Counted from the whole stretch's first letter, positions 12,500 through 26,569 are shown. The stretch is 63,969 nucleotides of DNA, filler included, from Octopus bimaculoides (GCF_001194135.2; 6 parts of 5 records of this genome joined end to end with filler, not necessarily neighbours in it); one strand, 5' to 3'. Translations and numbers: made by a program. The notes: generated by a model from the sequence alone, not told the origin.

Positions 12500-14420
12500 G
12501 GCCGAGAAGGGAGATTATTTAGTTTTACTGGGCATGTTGTTGGAGATCTAGGAATGAAGACGGTAGAAGTGTTTGTGGAAAACTGCTCCCAAACTGGAAA
12601 AACAGGGGATTGTTTGAGATGTCTGAGAAAAAGCTAATGAAGCAGGCATGCATGATCTAAAGAAGAGGCTGACTGATGAGTGTTGAAATTGAGATTATAC
12701 AGAAATAATCAATAAGGGCGTCGAGTAAAGAGCAAATAAGGACATTGTACAAGATCAATTGTTCTATGAAAACAACACAATATTAATGTGTTAAGCAATA
12801 TCATGATGGGGTTGATAATATTAAGTATTTGATGGAAACACAAGCAAACTGATTGGAAAATTTGTAATAACTAAAGATTTAGTAGATGATGAAAAAGGAA
12901 ATAGTTTAATATGATAAAAAGTATTCTAAATAATTCAGAAAGTATAAAGCCATTAAATTTGAGGTACCTTAACAAAGGAGCTGAAGCAAAAAGAAATTGA
13001 TGCTATATTAGAACGCGGTATAGCTACGAATATTACCGACAACTGTAATTTAGTCTCTGTTGCTGGGGTAGGCATCAACATATGTAGAAGATAGAAGGTG
13101 ATATAAAGACACTTAGATGAGACCGCAGCAAGGTAAGAAGCTGGGACAAAAGTAACTTACAAAAATGACGCATGTCTTACAGAATACATGAGAAAGGATT
13201 TAATTTAGTGTTAGAACAGTGTAGACAAGATTATGTGCAAACTCAAGCCATAATTGATTGTTAAACTGAAAGAACAATTCAATTCATGCATTACAGATCT
13301 CTTGCATCGAAACAGATCCATTTGAAGAGATACAATGGAAATATTAACACCAAATGAGGCGAAAGCTATCGAATTTTGGACAGGAATTTGGGACTGCCAG
13401 ATTATATATAATGACAGTGCAGAATGAGTCAAAAAGGTTAAAACGGAAGTAAGCATAGAGACAAACAATAGCCAGGGGTAATGTCTAGCAGTAGATAAAG
13501 ATACCAAACTAGAAAGAGAAAATCGTTAACTATGCACGCAGAAACTTATTCAAAGTCAGTCGTTTATACATGAAAGGGTAGACTGGGGAGAGAACATTTA
13601 TTAACATTTCTGATCGTGCGAATGAAAACCAAATGTTAGTAAACCATTACCTTACAGAGAGTGAAGAACCACTTGAACATGCTGTAATAGATTTAGGACA
13701 TATTTATTGGGCTTGAATAGATGAAAACATGCCAAAGTATTATAATTTATGAACGAAAGGAAGAGCATGAATAAAGGCACTTAGATGGACAGTGTCACAG
13801 AAACAGTGAGAGTGCGAAATTATTGCGGGAGGGGCTCTGGGATGATGACGTAAAGGAAAACTGGGAAGTTGTCGGTGGCTGCTCAAGATCAAACTCTAAG
13901 CACTAGTTCAATGATCAAGGGTATTTGTTCTACCGCTTCAGCGAAAAAGTGAATAATATTCAGTACATTTAGTATATTGCAAAATGTTTTCAGAGAATAC
14001 AAATGACGTCATTAGATGTTTCCTCTCAATTTACATCACAAGCGGTACGATTATGTATTAGGAAACTAATACTGGTAAACTAAAACAGGGAAAAAAATAG
14101 TGAACTAAATATCATCATGCATGACATAGAAAATGGGAATGCCTCGTACCAGACAATAAAATTGCTTTAGATAAAATATTGCAAACACGGAAATGGAAAA
14201 GATTTCAGTAAACGCTGATATTTTAATATATCAACAAGATGGGGATTTCTGTAGCAAAAGCGAGAGTTGTACCAGTTATCATCGGAGCATTACGTTCAAA
14301 TATAAAAAACAAAAAGAAAACTTTCACACGACTGAGAGCAGTTGCGCATCAAGGCAGACATGGGAGTTCTCCAAAATCTGCCGTCTTAGGACCAGCTCTG
14401 ATCTTGTGAAAGATCGTCAA
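12500..14420 (+). mobile_element. Heavily decayed R4/Dong-type (RLE) non-LTR element with RT core deleted
   Basis: Scattered motifs in the expected order: GLFEMSEKKL...WLT.VEIE, FWTGIW, VAAQDQTLST, a RHD remnant, VVPVIIGAL and SAVLGPALIL. Confidence 0.75.
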
Positions 14421-14574
14421 ACCTTAAAAAAGACTTTCTCTCAGTCTTTTGTTAATTTGATAGTTAACATGAAGAAGAGAAAAACAACAAAAATCAGTGT
14501 TTTATATTCACAATGAGCAATGAAATTTTAAAATAAAAATAATAAGAGCAACAATAATTATAATAATTGTTTCA

Positions 14575-14850
14575 AATTTTGGTACAAGTTCATCGAGTTC
14601 GGAAGAGGGAGTAAGCCAAGTGCTCAACTTGTACTTATTTCATCAACCTCGGGTAGAATGAAAGTCAAAGTCAACCTTGAACGTAAAGACGGACGAACTG
14701 TTACTAAACAATTTGCCCGGCATGCTAGCGACTCTACTAGCTCACCACCTTCGTAATGATAATAATCCTTTTTATCAAAGGCGCAAGGCCTACAATTTTG
14801 TGGAGAGAGCGGCAGTCGATTAGGTTGACTCAAGTACTCAACTGCTACTT
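14575..14850 (-). mobile_element. SINE family C copy plus an extra tail fragment
   Basis: Family C motifs at 14575-14752; the tail alone repeats at 14770-14850. Confidence 0.8.
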
Positions 14851-14855
14851 ATTTT

Positions 14856-14888
<33 letters not shown>

Positions 14889-14907
14889 GTAATAATAATA
14901 AATGGAT

Positions 14908-15065
14908 CAGGAGTGGCTGTGTGGTAAGTAGCTTGCCTACCAACCACATAGTTCCAGGTTCAGTCCTACTGCGTGGCACCTTGGGCAAATGTCCTCTACT
15001 ATAGCCTCGGGCTGACCAAAGCCTTGTGAGTGGATTTGGTAGACGGAAACTGAAAGAAGTCCGTC

Positions 15066-15097
<32 letters not shown>

Positions 15098-15325
15098 CTA
15101 TATATATATGTGTGTGTGTGTTTGTGTGTCTGTGTTTGTCCCCCCAACATCGCTTGACAACCGGTGCTGGTGTGTTGATGTCCCCGTAACTTAGCAGTTC
15201 GGCAAAAGAGACCGATAGAATAAGTACTAGGCTTACAAAAAGAATCAGACTTGGAGTAGATTTTCTCGACTAAAGTCGGTGCTCCAGCATGACTGAAACA
15301 AGTAAAAGAGTAAAAAGAGAGTAAA
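14908..15325 (+). mobile_element. SINE family B, full length
   Basis: Head, central microsatellite and AAAAGAGT tail are all present. Confidence 0.92.
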
Positions 15326-15329
15326 GTGT

Positions 15330-15880
15330 AATGCAGTACCAGGAAGTGGCTCTCATGGCTTCTGATCTTAACTGATTGAATGTGTTATCGTGTACATGTT
15401 TTGTCTTGGTATAAAAGATGGACTACAGCAAATATTCTTCTCAATACCACAGATTTGCTTGTCAGTTGTTTGACCTTAACAAGTTGAGCATGTCCCTTAG
15501 TGTCTGACAATATGTGCATCTCTGATCACAAGCAGAAGTAGTGCAGAAGCATTATAGCCATGCGTTGAGAGGAATTCTTTTGGGTTTCAATAATTCACCA
15601 CTGGAAATATAAGTGTTTTGTTCATCATTCTTAAACCAAAACTTTATTCAGAGATCTTTTGAGTGGGGTGGGCTACTCAACCTGAAGAAAATTCTAATTG
15701 GGCCCCACCTGCAAGGTCATGCGCTGTTTATATTGATATGAGATCACCATATCGCGCACATATGGTTGAGATGCATGTGCCTGATGTACCCTTATCAGAC
15801 GGGTAGTCCTGATGGGTATACTGAGTTTCCTATATTTGTACCCCTGTGTCACTTTGATGGCATGCACCGCTCTCTCACTC
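15330..15880. mobile_element. Interspersed repeat (family D) joined to a non-LTR-type 3' end with an (AAT)n tail
   Basis: About 15420-15580 is the reverse complement of 33215-33390. 15700-15880 ends CTCTCTCACTC(AAT)n. Confidence 0.6.
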
Positions 15881-15949
<69 letters not shown>

Positions 15950-16005
15950 AAGAAGAAGAAGAAGAAGAAGAAGAAGAAGAAGAAGAAGAAGAAGAAGAAG
16001 AAGAA
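15881..16005. repeat. (AAT)n(AAG)n microsatellite
   Basis: Seen directly in the sequence. Confidence 0.95.
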
Positions 16006-16179
16006 CGTGGAACAAATAGGGGCTGCAATAAGGGTGGAGCACTTGCAGAAAATAGCACTGCCTTGAACCGCTCGAATACTCCGGAAGGTGCTCGAAAAAT
16101 AAGAGGTGTTACCTTAGTTCACTTGTAGTGAACAGTTGACACCGTAGTACATCTCCAGCGTTAGAAGCTGTGCAAAGAC

Positions 16180-16205
<26 letters not shown>
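16005..16205 (+). mobile_element. R4/Dong-type LINE extreme 3' end with (AAT)n tail
   Basis: VEQIGAAIRVEHLQKIAL..TARILRKVLEK* is homologous to the C-termini at 57400-58041. Confidence 0.8.
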
Positions 16206-16225
<20 letters not shown>

Positions 16226-16859
16226 GCAGCATCAAAAAAAATATTAATTATTTCTAACATCAGTAGGACGCCTAAAAATTTGTGGAGATTAGGAGTTAGT
16301 CGATTACACCAACGTCAGTATTTATAGCTACTATATGTTAACGATCCCGAAATAATGAAAATCATAGATGATCTCACCAGGGTTTTGAACTCAAAGCATA
16401 AAGAGCCAGTAAAAAGAGCCATTTTGAGGTTCGCTACTCTGACGTTTCTGCCAATAAGAGAGAAATGCTAGTTCTGCTACAGTTACTGCTAACTACTCTA
16501 ACAGCTAATACTAACTAATACTAACTATTATTATTATCATCATTATTATTATTATTATTATTAATAATGCATCATCATCACCATCATGATCCAGATCATC
16601 ATCATCCATTTCATCATCATCATCAGAAGCATCAGCATCATCAACTACATCGTCATCATCATTTCTATTGTTTAAGTGTTTCTCTTTCTGTTTCTCTTTT
16701 TATTGTTTGAAATATTTCACATTCTGTCAATTGTCGATTTCTCGAGTTCTTTATGTAAAGAGCTGCTGTATATTTTACGAGATTTTATGAGTTAGTCAAT
16801 AACAAGTATTGGGTTATGATGTACACTCACGTATTGTTTAAACTAAAATAACCGCTTCA

Positions 16860-17260
<401 letters not shown>

Positions 17261-17514
17261 AAAACAAAGAAATATCCCGCGTTTGAATCATAAAATCAAC
17301 ATTTGGTACACCAAGTGATACAGAAAATATGATAATATGAAAATATGATAATAAAAAATTGCAACAATGTCATATTATAAAGTATAATAAACAAAGAATC
17401 CTATACGCTGGGTTTCTCAGTGGCATATATGCGTATTACGCTTATGTTTGTGCAATGTATTGATTACAGTGTGATTGTAATGTATTTGTAGAGTATAAAC
17501 CACAAAGATCTTAC

Positions 17515-17600
17515 CTTTATATCATTGTGTCTACCTATTATATAATTTTCTTGCAAGCAGCGAAGAAATAAAATGGCCGACGCATATTTTGGCGCAGTCA
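17515..17600 (-). promoter_or_regulatory. Candidate non-coding first exon
   Basis: Minus strand reads CGTCGGCCATTTT (YY1-like) then AAG|GTAAGA donor at 17514, in a small CpG-retaining patch. Confidence 0.25.
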
Positions 17601-17824
17601 TTCCCTATCCTTCAGATATACATGTGTGTGCGTGAGAGTGTGTGTGTATGTGTGTGTGTGTGCGTGTGTGCATCTGTGTGTGTGTACGCTCACACATGAT
17701 CGAACACATACATGCAGACATACGTACACATACATACAGACATATGTACACACACACACACATACATACACACACACACACATATATATACATACGTTCT
17801 TTTGTTGTCATATTATTATTGTTA

Positions 17825-17865
<41 letters not shown>

Positions 17866-17867
<2 letters not shown>

Positions 17868-18213
17868 GGTGCAAGAGTTGTTGTGGGTAAGTGTCTTCTA
17901 CTATAAACTCGGGCCGACTAAAGCCTTGTGTGTCGATTTGGTAGACGGAAACTGTCGTAAATATATGTGTATGTGTGTGTGCGTGTGTGTGTGTGTGTGT
18001 GTTTGTGTGTTTGTGTTTGTCACCCCACCATCGCTTTACAACCGATGTTGGCGTGTTTACGTCCCCGTAAACTTGCGGTTCAGCAAAAGAGATCAATAAA
18101 ATAAGTACTAGACTTACAAAAAATAAGTCCTGGGTTCAAATTGTTCGACTAAAGGCGATGCTCCAGCATAGCCGCAGTCAAAAAGAATAAAAGAATATAA
18201 AAGAATAAAAGAA
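17866..18213 (+). mobile_element. SINE family B, head partly deleted
   Basis: Family B body and tail are present. Confidence 0.88.
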
Positions 18214-18224
18214 CATATATAGAA

Positions 18225-18383
18225 AGGCGCAGGAGTGACTGTGTGGTAAGTAGCTTGCTTGGTTCCGGGTTCAGTCCCACTGCGTGGCACCTTGGGCAAG
18301 TGTCTTCTACTATAGCCTCGGGCCGACCAAAGCCTTGTGAGTGGATTTGGTAGACGGAATCTGAACGAAGCCCATCGTATATA

Positions 18384-18427
<44 letters not shown>

Positions 18428-18650
18428 TGTGTGTGTGTGTGTGTTTGTATGTCTGTGTTTGTCCACCTAGCATTACTTGACAACCGATGCTGGTGTGTTT
18501 ATGTCCCCGTCACCTAGTGGTTCGGCAAAAAGAGACCGATAGAATAAGTAGTAGGCTTACAAAGAATAAGTTCCGGGGTCGATTTGCTCGACTAAAAGCG
18601 GTGCTCCAGCATGGCCGCAGTCAAATAACTGAAACAAGTAAAAGTGTAAA
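18225..18650 (+). mobile_element. SINE family B, full length, head-to-tail with the previous copy
   Basis: AGGCGCAGGAGTGACTGTGTGG head through the tail. Confidence 0.92.
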
Positions 18651-18799
18651 GTGTATATATAGCTTTTACCTTTCATTTATATATATGTGCAAAATATGTA
18701 TTTATACATAACCATATATCTATATAGATTTATTTATGTTTCCACAGGCAACAATTCCTGCATGTATAAGTGTGTGTATGCTTGTATGTGTGTGCTTGA

Positions 18800-18846
<47 letters not shown>

Positions 18847-18865
18847 TGTTTGAAAATATATATAT

Positions 18866-18908
<43 letters not shown>

Positions 18909-19238
18909 GAGGGCGGCGATCATGATACACAATTATATGCATACATACTAGGAATATAAACAATGTGCTCACAATAGCGTAATATTGAACGTATGCGATG
19001 ATAGAGTGTATGTACTTAGAATATAAAGGTTCAAATCAGTACAAAGCCGAGCTGCTTTCACTTCGTAATACGCCAGAATGGTGTGCAGTAAATAATTTTT
19101 ATATAATACATTTATGCATTTAATTTTTGACGCTATATGATTTTCAAAATAGAGATACAATGCGAATAACTAATTTGTTTTAAAACAGTTATTTTTTTCC
19201 TCTATTACAAGTGTTTTCATTACAAATGTATTCATATC

Positions 19239-19345
19239 AGGCGTGGTTGTGTGGTAAGAGCTTGCTCTCCAGCCAAATGGTTCCATTTTCACTCCCACGG
19301 GCATGTGTCTCCTGTTATAGACTCGGGCTGTCCAAAACCTTGTAC
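19239..19345 (+). mobile_element. Degenerate SINE family B head
   Basis: GGCGTGGTTGTGTGGTAAGAGCTTGCT...GACTCGGGCTGTCCAAAACCTTGT. Confidence 0.6.
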
Positions 19346-21027
19346 TCTTTAACGAAATCGATTGAACCTCGAACACTGTATCCAAATTGCACTGGCTTCA
19401 AAATACCCCAATTTTTATGTAATAGTAAAAAAACTGAAACAACATCAATGTTAAATCTCTGAACGAGGTATTAACAGTAACTGCACGATAAAGTGAAGTA
19501 TATTTGCCATTTAAATGTGGCTGACCCCTAAGGGTGGATGTTACTGTTGCTTTTAGCCCCAGGAGAACATCTCCTCCAGCTGAACAACATCGTTTCTCCA
19601 AAACCTGAAGTGAAAAAGTATCGAGAAAAATCCTTTTGCTTCATAATGAGAATATCATCGCATTTGTTTTATACTTTTTATATTTATAATTGTATTCTCA
19701 ATATAAATAGATTCAATAAACTTTTTGAGTTAAAAGAATCTATAATTTTTTTTCCTTTCAAATCAAGAGGGTAACATCGGCGTAAATAAAAATATTTGGG
19801 GGTAATTGGTGGAAAAAAGTTCTCCGACACCTGTTTTACATCATTGCATGTAAGAATACTTTCCACTTTGGAGAAAGTATAAGAAGGAAAATACGAAAGA
19901 GAATGGATTAAATAGGAAGAATAAAGGAAAGAAAATTGAAAAGCAGAAGCAAAGACATAATCAAAGAATTCGACACAAAAAGGATGAAAAATAAGTTCCG
20001 AAGTAGGAGGTTGGGTATATCAAAAATTTTGCAGTGAGAATTAAGCCTTAATAAAGCTAAATAAGTATATTTTTCACACGAAAAGGAAAGGGAGAATAAA
20101 TAAATATATTGATAATATAACTAATAACTTTAGCACAAGGTCATACATTTGGAGGAATAATAATAGTTGAGGCTCCTGTTTTAAATGAGGCGTGAGTTGT
20201 GGGCGTTCCTTATGATAAGGGGAAAAAAACCTCTACTACATGCAGAGCAAAATGGAAGGTACTTCAGTGCATTTACAGTCTGTCACGTGACAATTATAGT
20301 AACAGAGGAAGTACAACTGTACTTTGAGAGTTTACAGTGGTGTTTAGAGTTGGGAATGAGGGATTGGGTGAATGGCAGAATAAGAGAATTGGTAAATAGG
20401 AGAAACAAATATACACATAAAGAGTAAGAGTGAGAGGAGGAGGAGGGTAGGAAAGTCTGCGCATAAGTAAGTTTGTGAGAGGGAAGAAAGGAAGAGAAAC
20501 AGGAAAGAAAAAAAACAGTAGAAAATTGAGGGGTTCCGGAAGTAGTGAAGGTGTGCGAAGGAGTGAAATAAACAGTAATAAAGAGGGTAAAAAAAAAAAG
20601 TGGAGGGAAAGGATATCTAGATAATGAAAAATAAAGGTGGTGGTGACAAATGTGAGTGAAATAAATTTAGAATAATTAAAGAAAACGAGAGTCGAGAAGA
20701 CTTACTCAGAGAATAACATAAATAGAGAGTAGAAAGGGAAAAAACTAGTTATATAGAGACAGAAAAGAATAACGAAGAAATATAGAACGATAGAACGATA
20801 GATAGATAGATTTTAAACAAGGCTTTAATGTGGATAGGTACATAGCTAGGTACGTATAAAGAGCTGTGTATATGTGGTGTCTATATATGTAAGTAAATAT
20901 ATATATATACATATACACATATATGAATATGCATATATACATTTAGGGATATGAGCATATATACACATATATAAACACATGTGCGTGTTTGTGTGTGTGC
21001 GTATATATATACATTTACACACACACA

Positions 21028-21058
<31 letters not shown>

Positions 21059-21068
21059 NNNNNNNNNN

Positions 21069-21104
<36 letters not shown>

Positions 21105-21283
21105 TGAGACTACGGGAATTTTAACTCCGCGCTTTTCATAAGGAGATATGTAACACACACATATATGTATATGTATTTACTTATATACATATGCGTATGT
21201 GTGTATGTATATGTGGACATATATAATACTTACAAAATACACCCAAATATGCATGTGTGTATATATATCCATATGCATATATG

Positions 21284-21316
<33 letters not shown>

Positions 21317-21517
21317 NNNNNNNNNNNNNNNNNNNNNNNNNNNNNNNNNNNNNNNNNNNNNNNNNNNNNNNNNNNNNNNNNNNNNNNNNNNNNNNNNNNN
21401 NNNNNNNNNNNNNNNNNNNNNNNNNNNNNNNNNNNNNNNNNNNNNNNNTATATAGATATATACATGCAAACATGTGTGTGTGTGTGTGTGTATAACTATA
21501 TATATATATATGCATAT

Positions 21518-21744
21518 TCCTTTATTCTTTTACTTATTTCAGTCATTTAACTGTGGTCATGCTGGAGCACCACCTTTAGCTGAACAAATTGACCAGAGGA
21601 TTTATTCTTTGTAAGTTTGTTACTTATTCTATCGGTATTTTTTGCCGAACCGCTAAGTTTCGGGAACACCAACATCGGTTGTCAAGCGATGGTGGGGGAG
21701 GACAAACACAGACACAAATACACACACACATACACACACACAAA

Positions 21745-21789
<45 letters not shown>

Positions 21790-21857
21790 GCAGTGGGATT
21801 GAACCCGGAACCAATTCGTTGGGAGGTAAGTTTCTTACCACACAGCCACACCTGCGA
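21518..21857 (-). mobile_element. SINE family B with internal deletion
   Basis: Head joins the microsatellite directly; the 3' half is intact. Confidence 0.85.
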
Positions 21858-21894
21858 CTATATACATATATATATTTCCGTGCAAGGGCAAGGT

Positions 21895-22050
21895 ACTTAA
21901 CGGTATCGTCAGATCTTCACGTCCTGAGTTCAGCTAGAGCTGATGACGACTTTGCCGTTTATTCCTCATGGGTCAATAAAATAGTACCAATTGAGCACTG
22001 GAGCTCAATGTAATCGAAATTGCTGGCTCTGTGCCAAAATTTGAAACTAA
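21895..22050 (+). mobile_element. Old SINE family C copy
   Basis: CTGAGTTCA..GACTTTGCC..GGTCAATAAAATAGTACC..GTGCCAAAATTTGAAA. Confidence 0.65.
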
Positions 22051-24105
22051 CATATGTATTTATATGTATGGGTTTAAAAAATGACGAGCTGTCTAAGGCA
22101 TGATGTTACACGTTCATATCTATGTGTATGCGTAGGTATAGGTATATATAAATACATCCCCACTAGTAGTACTATTTTGTTAAGCGCATCTACTAAGCAG
22201 TAGGAACTGTGTCTAAGGCGGATACGCACAGTGTGTATCACTCCNNNNNNNNNNCGGATACGCACAGTGTGTATCACTCCGCTATATATATATATATATA
22301 TACTGTTTGTAAACATGCCAAGTAAATAAACACGTAGAATCATAATAATTCCTTCAGTGAGTTGTTTATTATCCCAACACGAAACAAAAGAACACATAAC
22401 ACATGAATATACAAATTAAGCTGTCTACTACAGTGACTTAATCAACAGCCACTTTATATGGGAAACGAACACTCTTTAGTATCAACTGGTGAAGGATATT
22501 GGGTATTTTTCTGTGGAGCGATCAACAATTCACAAAATGCACTGTCAGGATACTCCCCACTCATTGTTATCGCACATTGAGAGCATTAAATAGAATATAT
22601 TTATATTCTTATATACCTCATTATTTTATGCTATTATTTAAATTCATTCTAGTACTTCAATTCGACGCATTGTTGTGCATAAAATATATTTGTTTACTTT
22701 AAGATGAGTCATATAAAGCCTTCTAAAGTACAAATATGCATATGAAGTATGCACCATGGTAATGGTCATATTGTCAGCTGCTTTGTTACACAGGTTAGCA
22801 CTTTCCTCTGTTGATATGTTTAAGAAGATTGGGTAGGCTTTTTCTGAGAGCGAGCACAAGTCAGGAGATGGTCCGTCAGAAAACTACACATCTTTGTTCA
22901 ATACAATGAATGCTCAGAAGGAATGCATTTATACTCTTATATGGTTCAGTATCTGAAAGCATTTGTTTAACTACTATTATTTCAGTACTTCTCTTGTATG
23001 TGTTTTTGCGTGTGTGTGTGAGTGTTGTGTGTATATATGTGAAATGTGTGTATGTGCGCGCGCGCGTGCGCACTCGTGTTTGTATGTTTAGAGAATGCTC
23101 TACATACAGAAAGGTCCAGATAAAGATGCCAAAGACAAACTGTTATCAGATTTGATAAACTTTAAACTATATTCAGTGTGGTTTCTATTCAAGCTCTTCT
23201 GTAATTCTTGATTTAACTCATCTCTACTACTTTTGCTCAGGCAGACATTCCTTTCCAAGTAATTTGTTGTAACAGAACTCAGTGACACAAGTTGTAATTA
23301 AAGTATAATGATGAATTTCTTACTGTTATCGAACCCAGACAGCGTGCTCAATATATTATTTACGTATGTGTGAAGCAAGGAATTGTCCATACTGTCAATT
23401 GCGGTCACTGAGTTTTATATATATATTTTTTGTTTCGCCATTATTTGCTGGTACGCTTTAATGTCCATAAAATTATAAATGGAATCATATAGGATAAACA
23501 TATATCATCACCATAATACCCGTCAACAGGTATTTCCGCTTTATGTGAAATCATGGATTTCTAATATTAGCAGAAAACTATAAAAACTTTGTCTGATATT
23601 ACAAAGACATCGACCCCAGTACTTGATTTCTACTTAATGTATAAAACTCTCGACATCTCAAGCTTGCTCAATCAGAGGATACGGATATTAGTAAGAGATT
23701 AGAAATTAAAAGTTTGATCTTTATTAATGAGCTAAGTGACAGTTAAGGGGTATTTTCGTCTTGTCATCTCTCATCAGTGTATTCGGTTAATGAACATGAA
23801 TTGCGTGTGTGTGTGAATGTGCAAATATATATGTATATACATATACATATATACACACACAGGTATATACATAAATGTTGTATGCATTTTTACATACATA
23901 AATATATATTTATAGAATATCTGTAATATTGTGGATGAGAGGAAAATTACAACATTATCTGAACTGAGCAGTGGAAGCCTAAATGCTCACACTAGAAGCT
24001 ATTTTAATTTCTTTTTTTCAATTCTCTCTCCTCTGTCTTCAAATATCTGATTATATGCAAGTGTTCTATGACCACAGAGCTTTAAGTAATATAGAGCTGA
24101 GTTAA

Positions 24106-24140
<35 letters not shown>

Positions 24141-24141
<1 letters not shown>

Positions 24142-24410
24142 CTTTCTTTATTGGCCACACAGAGGGGACAAATACAAATGTGGAGCTTTTCTTTTCGAAA
24201 ATGAAAAAGAAAAAGGGAAAAAAAAGAGGAAAAATAGTAAAATTCCGATCAAAAGGGTCGGGAAAAAATTGACGATCAAAAGGGATTGTGTATCACAGAA
24301 GAAAATGTTTAAATGTAAGAAGCAAGATTAGGTTTATCTGTGGAAAGAAAAGCCTACGGAAAAGACCACGGTAACCTCAGGCAGGGAGGGAATAAGCACT
24401 TGAAAGCAAA
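24141..24410 (-). mobile_element. Tx1/L1-like LINE 3' UTR fragment
   Basis: Terminates ...GGCCAATAAAGAAAG at a (TATC)n repeat. The same sequence recurs at 25135-25190. Clade assignment is from memory. Confidence 0.5.
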
Positions 24411-25273
24411 GTGCTCTCTCTCTCTCTCTCTCTCTCTCTCNNNNNNNNNNNNNNNNNNNNNNNNNNNNNNNNNNNNNNNNNNNNNNNNNNNNNNNNNNNN
24501 NNNNNNNNNNNNNNNNNNNNNNNNNNNNNNNNNNNNNNNNNNNNNNNNNNNNNNNNNNNNNNNNNNNNNNNNNNNNNNNNNNNNNNNNNNNNNNNNNNNN
24601 NNNNNNNNNNNNNNNNNNNNNNNNNNNNNNNNNNNNNNNNNNNNNNNNNNNNNNNNNNNNNNNNNNNNNNNNNNNNNNNNNNNNNNNNNNNNNNNNNNNN
24701 NNNNNNNNNNNNNNNNNNNNNNNNNNNNNNNNNNNNNNNNNNNNNNNNNNNNNNNNNNNNNNNNNNNNNNNNNNNNNNNNNNNNNNNNNNNNNNNNNNNN
24801 NNNNNNNNNNNNNNNNNNNNNNNNNNNNNNNNNNNNNNNNNNNNNNNNNNNNNNNNNNNNNNNNNNNNNNNNNNNNNNNNNNNNNNNNNNNNNNNNNNNN
24901 NNNNNNNNNNNNNNNNNNNNNNNNNNNNNNNNNNNNNNNNNNNNNNNNNNNNNNNNNNNNNNNNNNNNNNNNNNNNNNNNNNNNNNNNNNNNNNNNNNNN
25001 NNNNNNNNNNNNNNNNNNNNNNNNNNNNNNNNNNNNNNNNNNNNNNNNNNNNNNNNNNNNNNNNNNNNNNNNNNNNNNNNNNNNNNNNNNNNNNNNNNNN
25101 NNNNNNNNNNAGTCGATGTAAAAAACGGGGAACAGATTAGGTTTATCCGTGGAGAGAAAAGCCTACGGAAAAGACCACGGTCACCTCAGGCTTTTTTTTT
25201 TAAAGGTACATGAAAGTAAGTACCTTCTCTCTTTTTGTCTCTTTGTTACAAGGGAGCGATAGATAGACATATT

Positions 25274-25344
<71 letters not shown>

Positions 25345-25501
25345 TTATATATATAAATGCGTGAATGGACAAACGAAAGAAAGTATCACCACATTTGGTA
25401 GGAATTACATATAACTTTTAATAACAGTTTCATTCAGCGTTACATGACTTTAAGTTGCGTGAGCACGTAGGACGGAAAAATCTCATCAGGTATCTACATA
25501 T

Positions 25502-26075
25502 AGGCGCAGGCATGGCTGTGTGGTAAGAAGCTTGGGGAAGTGTCTTCTGCAATAGCCTCGGGCAGACCAAAGGCTTATGAGTGGATTTGGTAGACGGAAA
25601 CTGAAAGAAGCCCGTCGTATGCCCGAAGCTCGTCGAAACGCCGGTGTTAAAACGTGGGTAGCTGATGAAGTAGAATGTTCTCTATGTGGCTCGTGTGTTC
25701 TCGTCTACGTTTGTTTGCAATGTCCTGTACCCAGATATGCACCTATACATACAGGTGGATGTCGGTATGCACATACCTGTACGTATATATGCATATACTC
25801 ATTTACTTTTGTTTTTATATATATATATATATATATATATTTATTTATATATGTATATATTTGTGTGTGCGTATGTGTCCCACCCCCACCATGGCTTGAC
25901 AACTGATGCTGGTGTATTTACGTCCCCGTAACTTAGCGGTTCGGGCAAACGGACCGATAGAATAAGTACCAGATTTACAAAGAATGGAGTACTGGGGTCG
26001 ATTTCTTCGACTACATGCGGTGCTCTAGCATGGCCACAGTCAAATGACTGAAACAAGTAAAAGAATAAAAGAATA
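25502..26075 (+). mobile_element. SINE family B carrying an inserted element-X fragment
   Basis: B head and 3' half flank foreign sequence at 25634-25816. Confidence 0.9.
25634..25816 (+). mobile_element. Element X 3' fragment (Penelope-like terminus)
   Basis: Homologous to 51984-52190 (+) and 60737-60938 (-); ends in (TA)n. Confidence 0.7.
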
Positions 26076-26134
26076 TATCTTCCGATATCTTAGAAGATGG
26101 ATCCGTCCCGAGAGCCCCAAAATATAGTTATATA

Positions 26135-26520
26135 GAGTCCGAGTCAAGTCGTTATTTAAACGACTGGTACTTAATTTATTGAACCCAAAAGGATGAAAGG
26201 CAAAGTCGACCTAGGCGGAATTTGAGCTCAGAACATAAGACAGACGAAATACCGCTAAGCATTTCGCCCGGCGAGCTAACGTTTCTTATTTGTTTATTGC
26301 TCACTAGGGGCTATACACAGAGGGGACAAATGAGGACGGACAATGGGATTACGTCGATTACATCGATTCCAGTACGTAACTGGTACTTATTAAATCGACC
26401 CCGAAAGGATGAAAGGCAAAGTCGACCTCCGCGGAATTTGAACTGAGAACGTAGCGGCAGACGAAATACCGCTAAGCATTTCACCCGGCGTGCTAACGTT
26501 TCTGCCAGCTCGAGGCCTTA
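26135..26520 (-). mobile_element. Head-to-tail pair of SINE family C copies
   Basis: Two successive C bodies. The copy at 26285-26520 has a tail containing CACAGAGGGGACAAAT, shared with 24158-24173. Confidence 0.88.
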
Positions 26521-26569
26521 CTGGCTAGTGTATTACTGAAGCATAACGAAATACGGTGCCGGAAATACG

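Noticed and set aside
20281-20292. Perfect palindrome TGTCACGTGACA (CLEAR/USF-like)
   Set aside because: It is a single short site with no supporting promoter context.
22219-22280. 26-bp direct repeat across a 10-N gap; similar cases at 27306/27705 and 47940-48190
   Set aside because: These look like unmerged contig overlaps, an assembly artefact.
24328-25190. About 55-bp duplication either side of a large gap
   Set aside because: It is a repeat-family sequence or haplotype overlap and cannot be interpreted across the gap.
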